A stretch of DNA of 64,000 nt from Neodothiora populina. Taxonomy: Eukaryota. The translations under genes were made by a program, and so were the position numbers. Of this stretch, positions 8,500-19,959 are shown piece after piece (positions within the stretch are counted from its first letter, which is position 1; every line of letters starts with the position of its first letter). The stretch is from the NCBI RefSeq assembly GCF_041146345.1, contig NW_027191404.1, positions 1 through 64,000 of the forward strand, in the 5' to 3' direction. The notes beneath the pieces are model-generated. The model worked only from the letters and a program-made list of their open reading frames with translations, did not search any database and had not been told where the DNA came from.

Positions 8500-10641
8500 A
8501 TGCGCCCTGCACGTGAAGACATTGATTTTCTCAAGTGTCGACTGGCGCATCATGAAGCTTTGGAATGGTTGGTCTATGGACAACCAGTCGTCGCTCTCTT
8601 CTCTCCATCGCGGAAAGCAGCGTATAGCGAGTATGACCGTGAGTATCTGGGACAACCGTCTCCGCATAAATCTGCAGACAAGGATCTCCGTCTCTGGGTT
8701 GGCTTCGACGACAACCAGGGCCGACTGGCCATTGCCATGACTCAACGAATCGTGGTATCAGCTGGTAGAAAGCCCCGATTGTTCTATTTTTGCATTCCCG
8801 TTGAGTCTTTGGTCCTCAGCACCTTCCCACCTGCTTTCTGGAATATGTCCGACAGCGTTGTGCCGCTTAAAGCAGTCGACAATTCAGGCAATATGGGCTC
8901 TACCTCGGCTGCCAGACTGCTGCGAGTTTCCCTGTCCCTGGGACGTAACAAGAGCTGGGTAATAATGCCAAACTTTCCTCACACCGGTTCTGTCTCTCTT
9001 GAAGCAATGTCGCTGCTCCGTAAGCTCAAAGCCTTGTCTGAGGCACCTCAGTTTGATCTCTTCACCTGTCACAATTCCTGGGTCCAGAGAAGCTTTTGCG
9101 TCATACAAGAACTATTGAGTAGGCGTAAGGTATCCTATCCTACGATTGACCATGCGCAATTCTATCCCGCAGGTCGCGATGCAGTCGTCGATGCTTGGGA
9201 AGCGCAGGGTTGGCGTCCAATCCAAGACAATGTTGAGCAAAGGCATGAAAAGACGACGGATGCTACGTTGCCTGGCACGGGAAAACCTCTGAAACGTAAA
9301 CGAGACCCCGTCGTGGATCTAGACCAACGTATTGCTGCTGATACACTGCCTCCGCCTTACAAGGCGTCCAATTCTCCACCTCTTCTCGCGGATGCGGATC
9401 ATCTTAAAGGTGCAGGTCATGATGCTGGAATGTTCGGTGCCCAGCCAGGTCAGCGCACAAGTGAAGGCGGAGATACTGACTCGATGTTCTCTCTGCTGTT
9501 TCCCGTTAGGGATTCTGTAGAATCGTCGTTGTCTCCCTCAGCACCTCAGCGTGTCGTAACATCCCAACACGGTGTGCCACGGGGCTCAGTCCGATATGCT
9601 TTTACACGTGCAAGCATCAACTGTTCTTCTTTCGCCGCGACTCGGATTGATGAACAAGCTCTGCCAAATGCTTCGGACGATGCGATTTCAACGAGGCATA
9701 GTGATAGCGCAACCTCCTCAACTTACGGTGACATATCCCAGCCCAATGCTAACCTTAACCTGCCATCGCTTTACCATACCAATTTTACACCTCCACATTG
9801 CAAGGCTGGACTTCCACGTGGTTCCGAGAAACTTTCACCATCTATGTCTCCTACCGTAGTGTTCCCGTCGTCCTCACCCGAGACCGCCTCCGCATTTGCA
9901 CGCCGTCTCGTTGCGCCATATCCCTCCCTCTCATGTATGTCATGCAAGGACGTGCGTGCAAAGGAGTGCACCACGCCTATATGCGAGCATAGCACAGCTG
10001 CACATGCACATACAAGTGACGAACTTGACGAAAGGGGCTCATCCGCTTCACACGTCCCAGATACTCCGCGCCCAAGTCTAGCTGTGCTTCCACAACCCGG
10101 TACCAACACCATAAGAGGACTGGACCCAGATGAACTGCTAGACATCGTCTCGCGACACAGACTTATGTCTTTGCTGTTGAGACTGTGGAAACTGTGTCCC
10201 TATGCCCATTATGTTTGCGTTGTCGACCTTATCAGACTTACTATCGCGGTACGGGATTCGGACGCAGACTTATTCCATGATGCCCGTGCACGGAGTGTGA
10301 CCACGCTCGTACAGCATTGCGCTCAGGCGGAGCATGATCGCGATACGTCTCCTATTACTTCAACCAAATCGATTGCCAAAAGTGGACGAATCTATCAGTT
10401 GGTCTCATGGTTGTCATTACTAGACTCGGAAGCTGATTTGGTTTTTCTTGAACAACTCGGCGAGTTGGCAAAGATTGACGAGCAGACCGAGAGAAATGAG
10501 GCGTTCGCGGAGAAGATGGCCGCTATCGTGGTAGATGCGTGTACGCTCTTCGGAAGTAAGACATTGCATTGTTATGAGGACATTGCATCCATATCAAACA
10601 CCAGGAGGGAACGAGTTCGAGATATCATAACTGGAAGTTAA
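8500..10641 (+). CDS. Hypothetical protein, 713 aa, intronless
   Basis: Long uninterrupted ORF: globular-looking N-terminal ~240 aa, KPLKRKR basic patch, LPPPY motif, Ser/Pro-rich middle, helical-looking C-terminus. No family recognised. Confidence 0.75.
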   Translation: MRPAREDIDFLKCRLAHHEALEWLVYGQPVVALFSPSRKAAYSEYDREYLGQPSPHKSADKDLRLWVGFDDNQGRLAIAMTQRIVVSAGRKPRLFYFCIPVESLVLSTFPPAFWNMSDSVVPLKAVDNSGNMGSTSAARLLRVSLSLGRNKSWVIMPNFPHTGSVSLEAMSLLRKLKALSEAPQFDLFTCHNSWVQRSFCVIQELLSRRKVSYPTIDHAQFYPAGRDAVVDAWEAQGWRPIQDNVEQRHEKTTDATLPGTGKPLKRKRDPVVDLDQRIAADTLPPPYKASNSPPLLADADHLKGAGHDAGMFGAQPGQRTSEGGDTDSMFSLLFPVRDSVESSLSPSAPQRVVTSQHGVPRGSVRYAFTRASINCSSFAATRIDEQALPNASDDAISTRHSDSATSSTYGDISQPNANLNLPSLYHTNFTPPHCKAGLPRGSEKLSPSMSPTVVFPSSSPETASAFARRLVAPYPSLSCMSCKDVRAKECTTPICEHSTAAHAHTSDELDERGSSASHVPDTPRPSLAVLPQPGTNTIRGLDPDELLDIVSRHRLMSLLLRLWKLCPYAHYVCVVDLIRLTIAVRDSDADLFHDARARSVTTLVQHCAQAEHDRDTSPITSTKSIAKSGRIYQLVSWLSLLDSEADLVFLEQLGELAKIDEQTERNEAFAEKMAAIVVDACTLFGSKTLHCYEDIASISNTRRERVRDIITGS

Positions 10642-11073
10642 CATTGAAAAGTAATCTGCTCAAAGCACAAATGTACTTTCATCTTACGCATGAATAGTCT
10701 GCGTACTGTCTGTCCCATCGTCATTGGGTGAGAACAAGCGTATTCTTATAAGAAGGTCGAAATGTAGTTTAATCCAGCTGTCGCCAACTTAAATGAACCC
10801 CCACCATGTCTCGGTTGAGTGGGGGTAGACTACCTTACCTTATCTTCCCGAGCCTAGAGCTTCCGAGTGCAGCCTGCTTATCTCCTTGGCTCACATGTCT
10901 CAATACGCCGTCGGATTGTTTTGTCTACGTATGAGTATCAGCCATGATTGTGGTCTCGATTCGTGATGTTACTCTTTCACAGCTTTCTGACTGCGGTATC
11001 TCGATCTTGAACTCCACTACCGTCTCTCTAAATATTTAGGGGCTTCTGCCATTCGGGCAATACTGGATTCAAG

Positions 11074-12669
11074 ATGGAGTCAATAACTGGTATACCTGAT
11101 TCGAATAACTCGCCCGAGAGTTGTGCTGATGTTTTGAGGAGCAGTCGACAACTTAAAACACCTGGCAACCTCTGATCCTGGTCTACCTGTTCGATTTCCT
11201 ACCCATGCTGGGTGGCAAGCAGAACCATCTCGGCTTGCTGAAGTACAGTCACAGACTTTGCCTGGCCTCGTTGATGTAGTCATCGTAGGGTCTGGGATCA
11301 CGGGAGCCAGTGTCGCAAAGACATTGTTGGAAGGGAGTGCCAGCGCTCAAGTAGCCATGTTAGAAGCTCGAACATTATGTTCAGGTGCAACTGGCCGTAA
11401 TGGCGGTCAGATCGCCACGTATGGCACTGCGTTGTACTCATCAGCGAAGAGTCTTATTGGCATAGAAGCCGCGACCCGCTTTGTAGATTTCACGCTGAAG
11501 AATGTCGAGGCGCTGGCTGCGTTGATGGAAGAATATGTCCCAGTCGACGCGGAATACCGCAAAGTAGACAGAGTGCGAACATTCTCCGATGATGTCTACT
11601 TCCAAGAGGTCAAGCGAAGTGTTGCAGAATATGAGAAAGACAATCCTCAGAGCATACACAAGGGCATGTACACTTTCAAGACGTCGGACGAGTTGCTCAA
11701 GGTAAGAAGACATGTACATGTGGGCGAGCTTGTCTCAGTTGACAATCTCTACAGGAACACGGTATACACGGCGCAGTAGGTGGAATGGTATTCCCAGCAG
11801 CAGCATGTTGGCCATACCGTTTCATCTCAAAGTTATATCAAAGTCTGCTCGAAAAGTATCGAACGAGATTCTCGATTGAGACCAACACTCCAGCCACTGC
11901 CATCACTTACGAAGCTCATGGAGACCCCTCGCATCCCTATCTTGTCGCCACTCCTCGAGGTACCACACGCGCCACGCATGTAGTGCATGCCACCAATGGC
12001 TACAGCGGCCATCTGGTACCAGAGCTTCGTGGTAGGGTCATACCGTACCGCGGAACAATGACAGTGCAAGACCTGAGTAGTGCGGTACCAAATCATGGAT
12101 ATGCTAAGACTTGGAGTATTCACCATAAGCCCAAAGTCGACAGAGATTTCGAGGCAATCGCCACGGGCGCGTTCTATCTCCAGCAAAACGCGCACACAGG
12201 GCATTTTTGGTTTGTTGGCGAATGCAAGAAAGCTTCAATGACTGTTACTGCCGATGACTCATTTACAGATGGAATAGCTGTAGATTACTTGCGAGCGAAA
12301 CTAGCCAGGTTCTTTGGACTTGAGCCCTCATTGGCGCACAAGCTAGTCGCCGCATGGACTGGTATCATGGGTTTCACTGCCGATGGATTCCCCATGGTGG
12401 GGCCTCTTCCCAATTCTGTCACATCTCGCCAGGGTAGTGGCGAATGGATCGCCGCTGGGTTCAACGGTGTTGGCATGAGCTTATGCTTACTGTCAGGAGA
12501 AGCTGTCGCCAATATGATCCTTGGTCACGCCGTCGATACTGACTTTCCAGGGGAGGTGTTCGCACTGAGCCAAGGTCGCATGCAGAAACGTCTAACGACA
12601 GATGAGACGCTCAAAAATCTTTCGTTCTTCGTGGACCTGCCGAGCAAGAGCAGGACTAGTAGGCTATAG
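11074..12669 (+). CDS. FAD-dependent oxidoreductase (DAO/PuuB-like family) with C-terminal PTS1
   Basis: Exons 11074-11089, 11145-11701, 11755-12669. DVVIVGSGITG Rossmann motif, CSGATGRNGG, HATNGY, AWTGIMGFTADGFPMVG, AAGFNGVGM; ends -SRL. Confidence 0.9.
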
Positions 12670-12996
12670 AGGAAGCACTCGGATAGACCATTCATCACAT
12701 GCAATAGAACATCATACTGTAACCTATACGGCACCAGCCTATGCGACCTGGCCTCGTTCCTTATGCAGTCTTGTGGACTATCATACTGCAGCTGCATGAC
12801 CTATCTAAAGAGATACGTTCGGGACTTGCAGACGTGTCAGAATTGTATGCTCAAAGAGTCTTCCATAATTTACCATGGGAAGGATTGACTTGGTTCTCGT
12901 CGCATGACCTCGAAGTACATTCTTTTGCCGTCTAAAAGTAATACCGAGAAGCTTTCTTTACGTTGATGTTTCCAATGTCTCTCAAACTAGTCTACA

Positions 12997-14417
12997 TCAA
13001 ATACGAGGCTGCTGCAAGATGGTCGTGAACCCCCGGAAAGCCTCCAGAGTCTGAATGATGTGCTTCTCCTCGTGAACGACACTGAGATTCATAAACCCTC
13101 TTCTGCCGACGTAAATGCCTTGGTCAAGCATGTGGAAGAAGAGAGCTTCTTTCAAGAGCTCGGGCGAATCGCCAGTAAAGTGTACGCCTACCAGACTACC
13201 AAAGCCTGTAAGGTGTATACAGTCCACGCCACTCTCCACCAGTATCTTTCTGGTCCCATCACGCAAGGCGTTCCCGAGCGAGTTCATTCCTTCAATCTTT
13301 TCAGAGGTGAGGAACTTACTGACTGCAATTCCGGCAGACATGCTGAAGATGTTGTTGTTGTATGTTCCGGCATGGGATACGCCTCCGTCCTTTGCGCTGC
13401 GTCGAGGATTGAAGTATTCCATGATATCCTGGCGTCCGCCAAAAGCACCGAATGAGAAGCCTCCACCCAGGTACTTTCCAAGCGTGGTCATGTCAGGATA
13501 TACGTCGTAATGCTCCTGGAGACCCCCCATGTGTTAATGTGAGGTGACAACCTCATCGAAGATCAACACTGCCCCGATCTTGTCTGCGGACTCTCTGAGA
13601 AACGTAAGGAAGTCTTTTGAGGCAGGAATCATGCTCCCCGCTCCTTGTATCGGCTCCACGATGATTGCAGCCATGTCTTGGAGTAACACTTTCCGCGTCG
13701 ACTCAAAGTCATTGAACTCGGCCATGATATAGGAATGCGGAATGTTCATCGGATTATCGAGTTCATGGAAGGTAAGTGTACTGCCATGATAACCATCCTT
13801 AAAAACGAGTACCTGGGTGATGTTGAGTCGACGATCTTATTACGCGCTTCACTCACTATTACGAACCTTGGATTTACCGGTATAGTGTTTTGCAGCTGCT
13901 AGAGCGATCGTTTTGGCTTCGGTTCCAGAGTTAGAGAACCTGATCGAATCGACTGATTTGAACCGTGCGACTAATACCTCAGCCAGTTCCACTTCGTACT
14001 CGTTACAACCTCCAAGGTTCATGCCGTATGTTGTAGCGTCAAGTATCGCCTGCTGTACCACAGGATGCGAATGACCCATTAGACTGGCTGTGGATTCTGA
14101 TACCATGTCCAGATATTCCCCGCCATCGATAGAAGTGACATGACAACCATGGCCGCCCCTGAAAGTGATGGGAAATGGGTCGAAATGTAGTACAGATCTC
14201 GTGTTACCACCAGGTAGAGAACGGCATGCGCGAGTATTGTTTTCACTCGACAGCGGATTGCGCTTGATGTAGCATTCCTTGAGGCCACGCACGAGCTCTG
14301 CTGCAGCATCGAGTCTGACTCCTGTCTCAACAGAATGTGTGATAACATTGGATTGTCTGACAATGTCAGTATTGCATGCAACATACGAATGGAGGAAGCC
14401 CTACGTTGTTCCTACCA
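12997..14417 (-). pseudogene. Class III PLP aminotransferase (glutamate-1-semialdehyde aminomutase-like) with premature stop
   Basis: LPGGNTRSVL, GHSHP, FSNSGTEA, intron 13866-13813, GYHGS, IIVEPIQGAG, LIFDEVVTS, TTLGKYLGGGFSFGAFGGR, HAGTYNNN. In-frame TAA at 13536-13534 lies upstream of the PLP-lysine motif. 5' end uncertain. Confidence 0.85.
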
Positions 14418-16311
14418 TATCGCTAAAGCGGCTGACTCCAGACGAACCAAACATGACCTCGGGAGATAAGCCGTTTACCAGCATCTTGTCAAGTTCAAAT
14501 CAAGGCCGACCATATGAGAAGACCATTTCGAAAGGTAGACTCTGGATACTAGGTTCTCCAAAGATTTGTAAGGGTGACAATGGTCGTTTGTGGTGGTTCG
14601 GTAGAGGGCGAACCGACAGCAACAGCTTATGTGGGGTTCTTTAAATAATAACATCTAGCCCCAGTTACTGTAGGCATGGTATGATGATGGTACCTATTCC
14701 AATGGCCTGAGTGATGCGCAGCACAAGTATACTTTCAAAAGTGATAGATAGGGCGAGTAGATACTCCGGTTAGTCTAGCCATGACTTGGCACAGACAATA
14801 GGAACTGAGGATCTGGCTGATCCTTATCGTAAAATAGAGTAGGTAGGCTGCATGAAGCTGCGCTTAGATCCCCGACTAAATCTTTATTATTAGGAGCTGC
14901 CCTATCTTCTGGACAATGCATCATTGCAGGCGATTCTGCTCGCGATTCCAGGCTGCCGTCCCTGCGACGAGGTCTGGATAACACGCCTGACAGGTAGCAA
15001 TACTTAAGCGAATTCGCGAATTGTTGTCCCCCAAGTCTAGATCTAGATCATGCGAATTACGAGCCTGCGGCTGATTCGAGAAACTCGAGTGGTTTCTTAG
15101 ACGATAGCAGTATTCGCGGTTTACAAGTCGAGCCACTAAGAACAAACAGCGTATCGTTCCATAATCAGCGAACAACAACGGACGCTTTTGCAGCAATGTA
15201 CCCACCACCTCACACATGCATCTGAGAAGCCCATACGCACTCTCAAAATGCAATGTTCTCCGAGCTGGGCTTGTCAGAGGACTATTCGGCACAGATAATG
15301 ATCCGTAGTCTTTCAAGTATCGCAGAGTCCGGCATTTCTTATTCCGAGGGCGGCTCGATAGTCCAAGTGGAACTCCTTATGTATGTCGATACATCCGACA
15401 TCTCTCCTGATCTGCCTCGCGCATTTTCCAGTGAGGCATACAGATGGAGTTGCCTGGAACGTCAGTGCAGGTTCAAGCCAATGCCAGCTTCCAGATAGAT
15501 ACTCCTCGCATTGAGTGTCTACGACACATCCCAGTCCTGACTTGGAAAGCACGTGAAGTCAGCCATGCCCATGCGAGCGCATTGGTACTTTCGAACTATA
15601 CTTGGTGCTCCATATTGAGCTTCTACTCGTGCACGATCCGCTGCTTATTAAACCACAAGTTGAAGACCGATCTTTGAAATCTTGACCTAAAAAGGCATTC
15701 ATGTCTACAGGAAACCATACCAACAGTGGGCATTATGGTTATCAGATATAGAGGTCTACAAGCCACCGCCATCGACGGCAAAACCAAAGACACCAGAAAA
15801 CGCACCGAAAGTACCTCACACAAGACCCCATTCCCTATTCCCATTCCTCCTGGCTGATTTGCAGCTTTTTTCTGATCTAGTAAGGAGCCCACAAACAGCG
15901 CTGAACACCCCTGAGTGCTGAGTCTATTGTGCCGATCTCTTGCCCCGCACGCCCTTCGCTGTCTAAGTACTATACAAGAATCCGCTGTCGCTGCCGATGT
16001 GCTGTATGTAGATATGTATATGGGTGTTGTCAGTCGTCGTCGGGCAGTTATACATGCATACGCATACGCATACATGCATACAAGGTGAGGCTGAGGGGTC
16101 TCAGACGCGCGCGCTTACCATGAGCTGGATATGATACACGATGTCCATATATCACGCCACCACCGTAGATGTACATGTAGTTGAAGCAATTTAGTCTTCC
16201 TCCGAACAGAAACACTCTCGTGAGAATTGAAGTCTGGAGTTCAACAGGAAGGGATAGTTCACTTTCTACGAAGTCAAAAGGTGTATATATTCACTCTGTA
16301 AGGTAGTGAAA

Positions 16312-17252
16312 ATGAGCGTCCGGTACGAAAAGTTAGTCTCCCTTTACATGAACACATGCTGTAGATGGTATCTTCCAACGAGCTAAACACAATTATCGCC
16401 AGCTTCATGAAATCACCGCCCATAAAATTTCTCGTGGGCGACGAGGAAGCAGAGACAGAAGTCTTCTACGTCCACGCGAACCTGATGGTCGAGCAATCCG
16501 AGACGTTCCAAGCAATGATCGAAGGGTCCATGAAAGAGGCGAAAGAGCAATGTGTTACCATCGAGGACGTAACGTCCGCTACGTTCCTTTGCTTTGCGGA
16601 GTTCGTCTACACAGGCGACTATACCGCGGTGGAACCAATTATCGAGAAGATTTATCAGTCCGAGGAGAAGGATGATAAGGACAAAGATAATGACTCGTAT
16701 GATGAGGACACAGTCGATCGTCGATACAATGGAAAAAGTTGGCGCAAGGTAGGAGTCCCTGCACAATGGAATCAGCAAAGAAGAGTTGAACATGCTCAGC
16801 TGAACGGCTCTTATTCCCAGAGCGGGACAGCACTTTTGAATAAGTTCCGGGAATCTGCGCCCACCTTTAAGACTACCTTAGCCTGGCAGCCACGTACTAA
16901 CACTGGACCGGACGAGAACTATGTGCCAGTCTTCTTAGGTCACGCCAGGCTGTATGTGTTTGGTGACAAATACGGCATGACTCTGCTGCAAGAGTTGGCA
17001 TTGAAGAAGCTCCACCTTACGCTTGCCAGGTTCTGCCTATACGAGGCGAGGGTTGGGGATATCATCGAGCTTATCACTTTTACATATGATAATACCGCCG
17101 ATGTCCAAGGTTCGCAAGACCCTTTGCGGGCGCTTGTGGCGAAGTACGCAGCCTGCCACTTCCCCGACTTGCTCAGAAACAAGATCTTTAAAAAGGCTTC
17201 AACAGATGACGGTTCGATTGCTACTGACATCCTCCAGCAGATAGCAGACTAG
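16312..17252 (+). CDS. BTB/POZ domain protein
   Basis: Exon 16312-16331, intron 16332-16402 (GTTAGT..GCTAAA..CAG), exon to 17252. IKFLVG..FYVH..SETFQAMIEGSMKEA..FAEFVYTGDY and HARLYVFGDKY, typical of fungal BTB proteins. Confidence 0.88.
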
Positions 17253-17391
17253 TAAGCCAAGGAAGTAGACTTGATTTCGGTGTGTCTCAAGTTTCGAATC
17301 GAAGGCTTCATGGACATACTTTCTCTATTAGTGCGCGACATCGTTCCGTATAGCATATTCGGTTTCCACCCTCTTTTGCGCTTACCTTTTG

Positions 17392-19123
17392 TTACTCCAC
17401 TTTTTTGAACCATGTCTTGCGATTCAGTGCAGCCAGCTCGTCATCGATCTGGGCACCCAACTCCATAACGTGACCGTTCGAACCAACACGGAATTCTGCT
17501 TTGGTCTTCTTCTCTATCTCCTTCGTATCCGAGTCCACCACTGTGACAATCCAGTATTCACCAGAAATGTGGTCGAGATAACTATCAGAACCCGCTACAA
17601 GTGTTTTGTTGAAGGTGACATGCAGTCCAGATCCTTTGGCACTCAGTCTGACATTGCCATACGCTGGGTGATGATAAGAGCCAGCGTACTTGGTCAACGG
17701 CAATAACTTAGGAAGTCTTGAGGATGGCAGGTCGGGATACAGTGTTTCTTCGGCGGACTCGAGTAATTTTGCTTTCTCAGCAGTCTGATTGCGGTATCTG
17801 CCGTTGTCAGTACACATGACCATCAGCAGCAAGCGCGGAGGGCTTACAGTTCGACATAATCAAAGCGATCCTCCTCTGCTACACTGAGGAGATCGTCTAG
17901 CAGGCCAAGAATTACAACTTGCTCGGCTACAGATACTTGTAAAACATTGTTGCCCATCATTACGGCCCCCCACTCAAGTTGCGGGACATAAAGAAGAAGC
18001 GTACCAAATCCACGGATACCGCCGCTGTGGGAAATGACTAGATAGCCTCGGTAGACAAATCGTTCCCATCCCAAGCCATACGTAACGTCACCAATATAGC
18101 CTTGACGTAGCATGGATTCGAGATCCATTGGCACCAGAGTCCTGGCTGAGATGACGGCTGCGTGACCGCTCTTGCTTAGAGGCGGCGATTGATATATCAT
18201 CACACGAAGCCATTTTGCGTAATCGGACACTGTAGAGATAATGAATCCGGCGCCGCCGATCTCGCCTACTGGTGTGTAGGGAACATCTATGAATTGGCTG
18301 GTGTCATTCTTCCAGGCATAGCCTGTGGCGAAATGCCGAGGACTGTTCAGGGCATCATCGACGGACGAATAAGTGTTGGTCATATTCAAAGGTTGCCAGA
18401 TCTTCTCACGCATGAAGGCTCCAAGGGATGAGCTGCTGACTTTTTCGACCACATAACCCATGGTGGTGAACATCAAATTACAATACTGGAAACGAGTTCT
18501 CGGTTCCGCAGTCAACGGCAGATCCCGGAGGCGTCGTACAATGCTTTGTGCAGTACCTTCTTTCCCGCCATATACAAAATCGTGTCTGGGAAGTCCAGTA
18601 CGGTGGGACAGGGCATCCTCAACAGTGATGTGTTTAGTCGCCCAGTCATCTGAAAGAACAAAGTCGTCATGTATGATGGTCGATAACGGAGTGTCCCAAT
18701 TGAATGAGGAGTTGTCTACGAGCAAGGAGACGGCAGCTGCTGTGAAGGCTTTTGTGGTACTGCCCGGATAGTAGAGAGTGTCTGCTGTGGCAGGCACGTC
18801 CGGAATAGTTGCCAATCCATAGCCCTTTGGCACTCACTGTCAGCTTGCTCGGGCGATGGATGCTAGCGATAAGATAGGAAGTCACCACCTACTGCGGCAT
18901 ATGTTTCCGAACCATGAACCACAGCGATCGAGAAACCGGGGATATGAAGATCTTCCAATAGACTGTTGGCAGTCTTGTTGAACCTGGCAGTAAAAGGGGA
19001 CGCCGACGAGTCTTGCAGAAATATCTGAGTGCACAGAGCGAGATTGCGAATTCCTACTGAGGACAGCATGATGAAATGTATGATGAATCCACGCACCGCT
19101 ACACTCCTGCGACTTGGAAACAT
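17392..19123 (-). CDS. Beta-lactamase/penicillin-binding-family serine hydrolase with C-terminal DUF3471-like domain
   Basis: Exons 19123-18893, 18824-17848, 17797-17392. SxxK (GSTTKAF), LSHRTGLP, YCN and HSG motifs; YAGSYHHPAYG in the last exon. Confidence 0.9.
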
Positions 19124-19959
19124 GGTCAAAGATGGGGTCGTTGATATATTATATTTTCATTCACCGCTCAATGCTATTCAAGGGTTGTGTAAGTATGCGC
19201 GATGCATTGTGGCCCGAAGACTGGGTTACACAGCTTTATATGCGTGAATTGGTGAATGATATGTAGTTGCCTAGCCCAGCGGGGTCGTTTGCGTCGAGGC
19301 TGATAACGCTACATGCGATTGGTTCACTTGTCGAATTCAGCTCACTCAAGCAAGTCGAGAGAGGGGATCCCCGACGATTCCCATCGGTACAGAAGCGTAT
19401 GAGGTATCTTACCTTGCTGCCTGGTACAAGATGTAATTGTAGATGATGGTTCACAGCAGCAGGGGGCCAGTAGCAGAAACAATATTCCGCACTTTTTAGT
19501 GTTTTGATTGTGTGATTGGTTGATTGATTGATTGATCGATCGATTCTGATGATTTACTGTACATTTGCAGCCTCTGTTTTTCCCTCTCTCTTAGTATCTC
19601 AAACTTGCCGAGATGAAGGAGAAACCCTCTTCTTCCCATCCTTATTCAAGACACCCAAAACCTCTTCATCGGTACAATGTAAATGTAAAGACCCTCCGCG
19701 ACTTTTTTTCTGCTGTTTATTGAACGCTCAAAATGGATCGTTTGCTTTTTCGGATTTTCCCCTTGCTCTGTTCGCTCCGAATCATGAATTTCCAGGACGA
19801 ATAAAAGAGGTGGTTTTATGATAAAGCGCTTGAAATGTGGAATAAAGAAAATAGGTACCATCGTCAAAGGGTCTCGACCCCTTCCATTCCAGACGATCCT
19901 GCCGCACCTCGGCAGGACGAGACGACGAGACCCTGCTTACAAAGAGTAGCAAAGCAAGT

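Noticed and set aside
14775..15800. Minus-strand ORF fragments that might be a decayed regulator of the oxidoreductase/aminotransferase pair
   Set aside because: One intron-like segment and a helical-looking peptide, but no recognisable domain or consistent frame.
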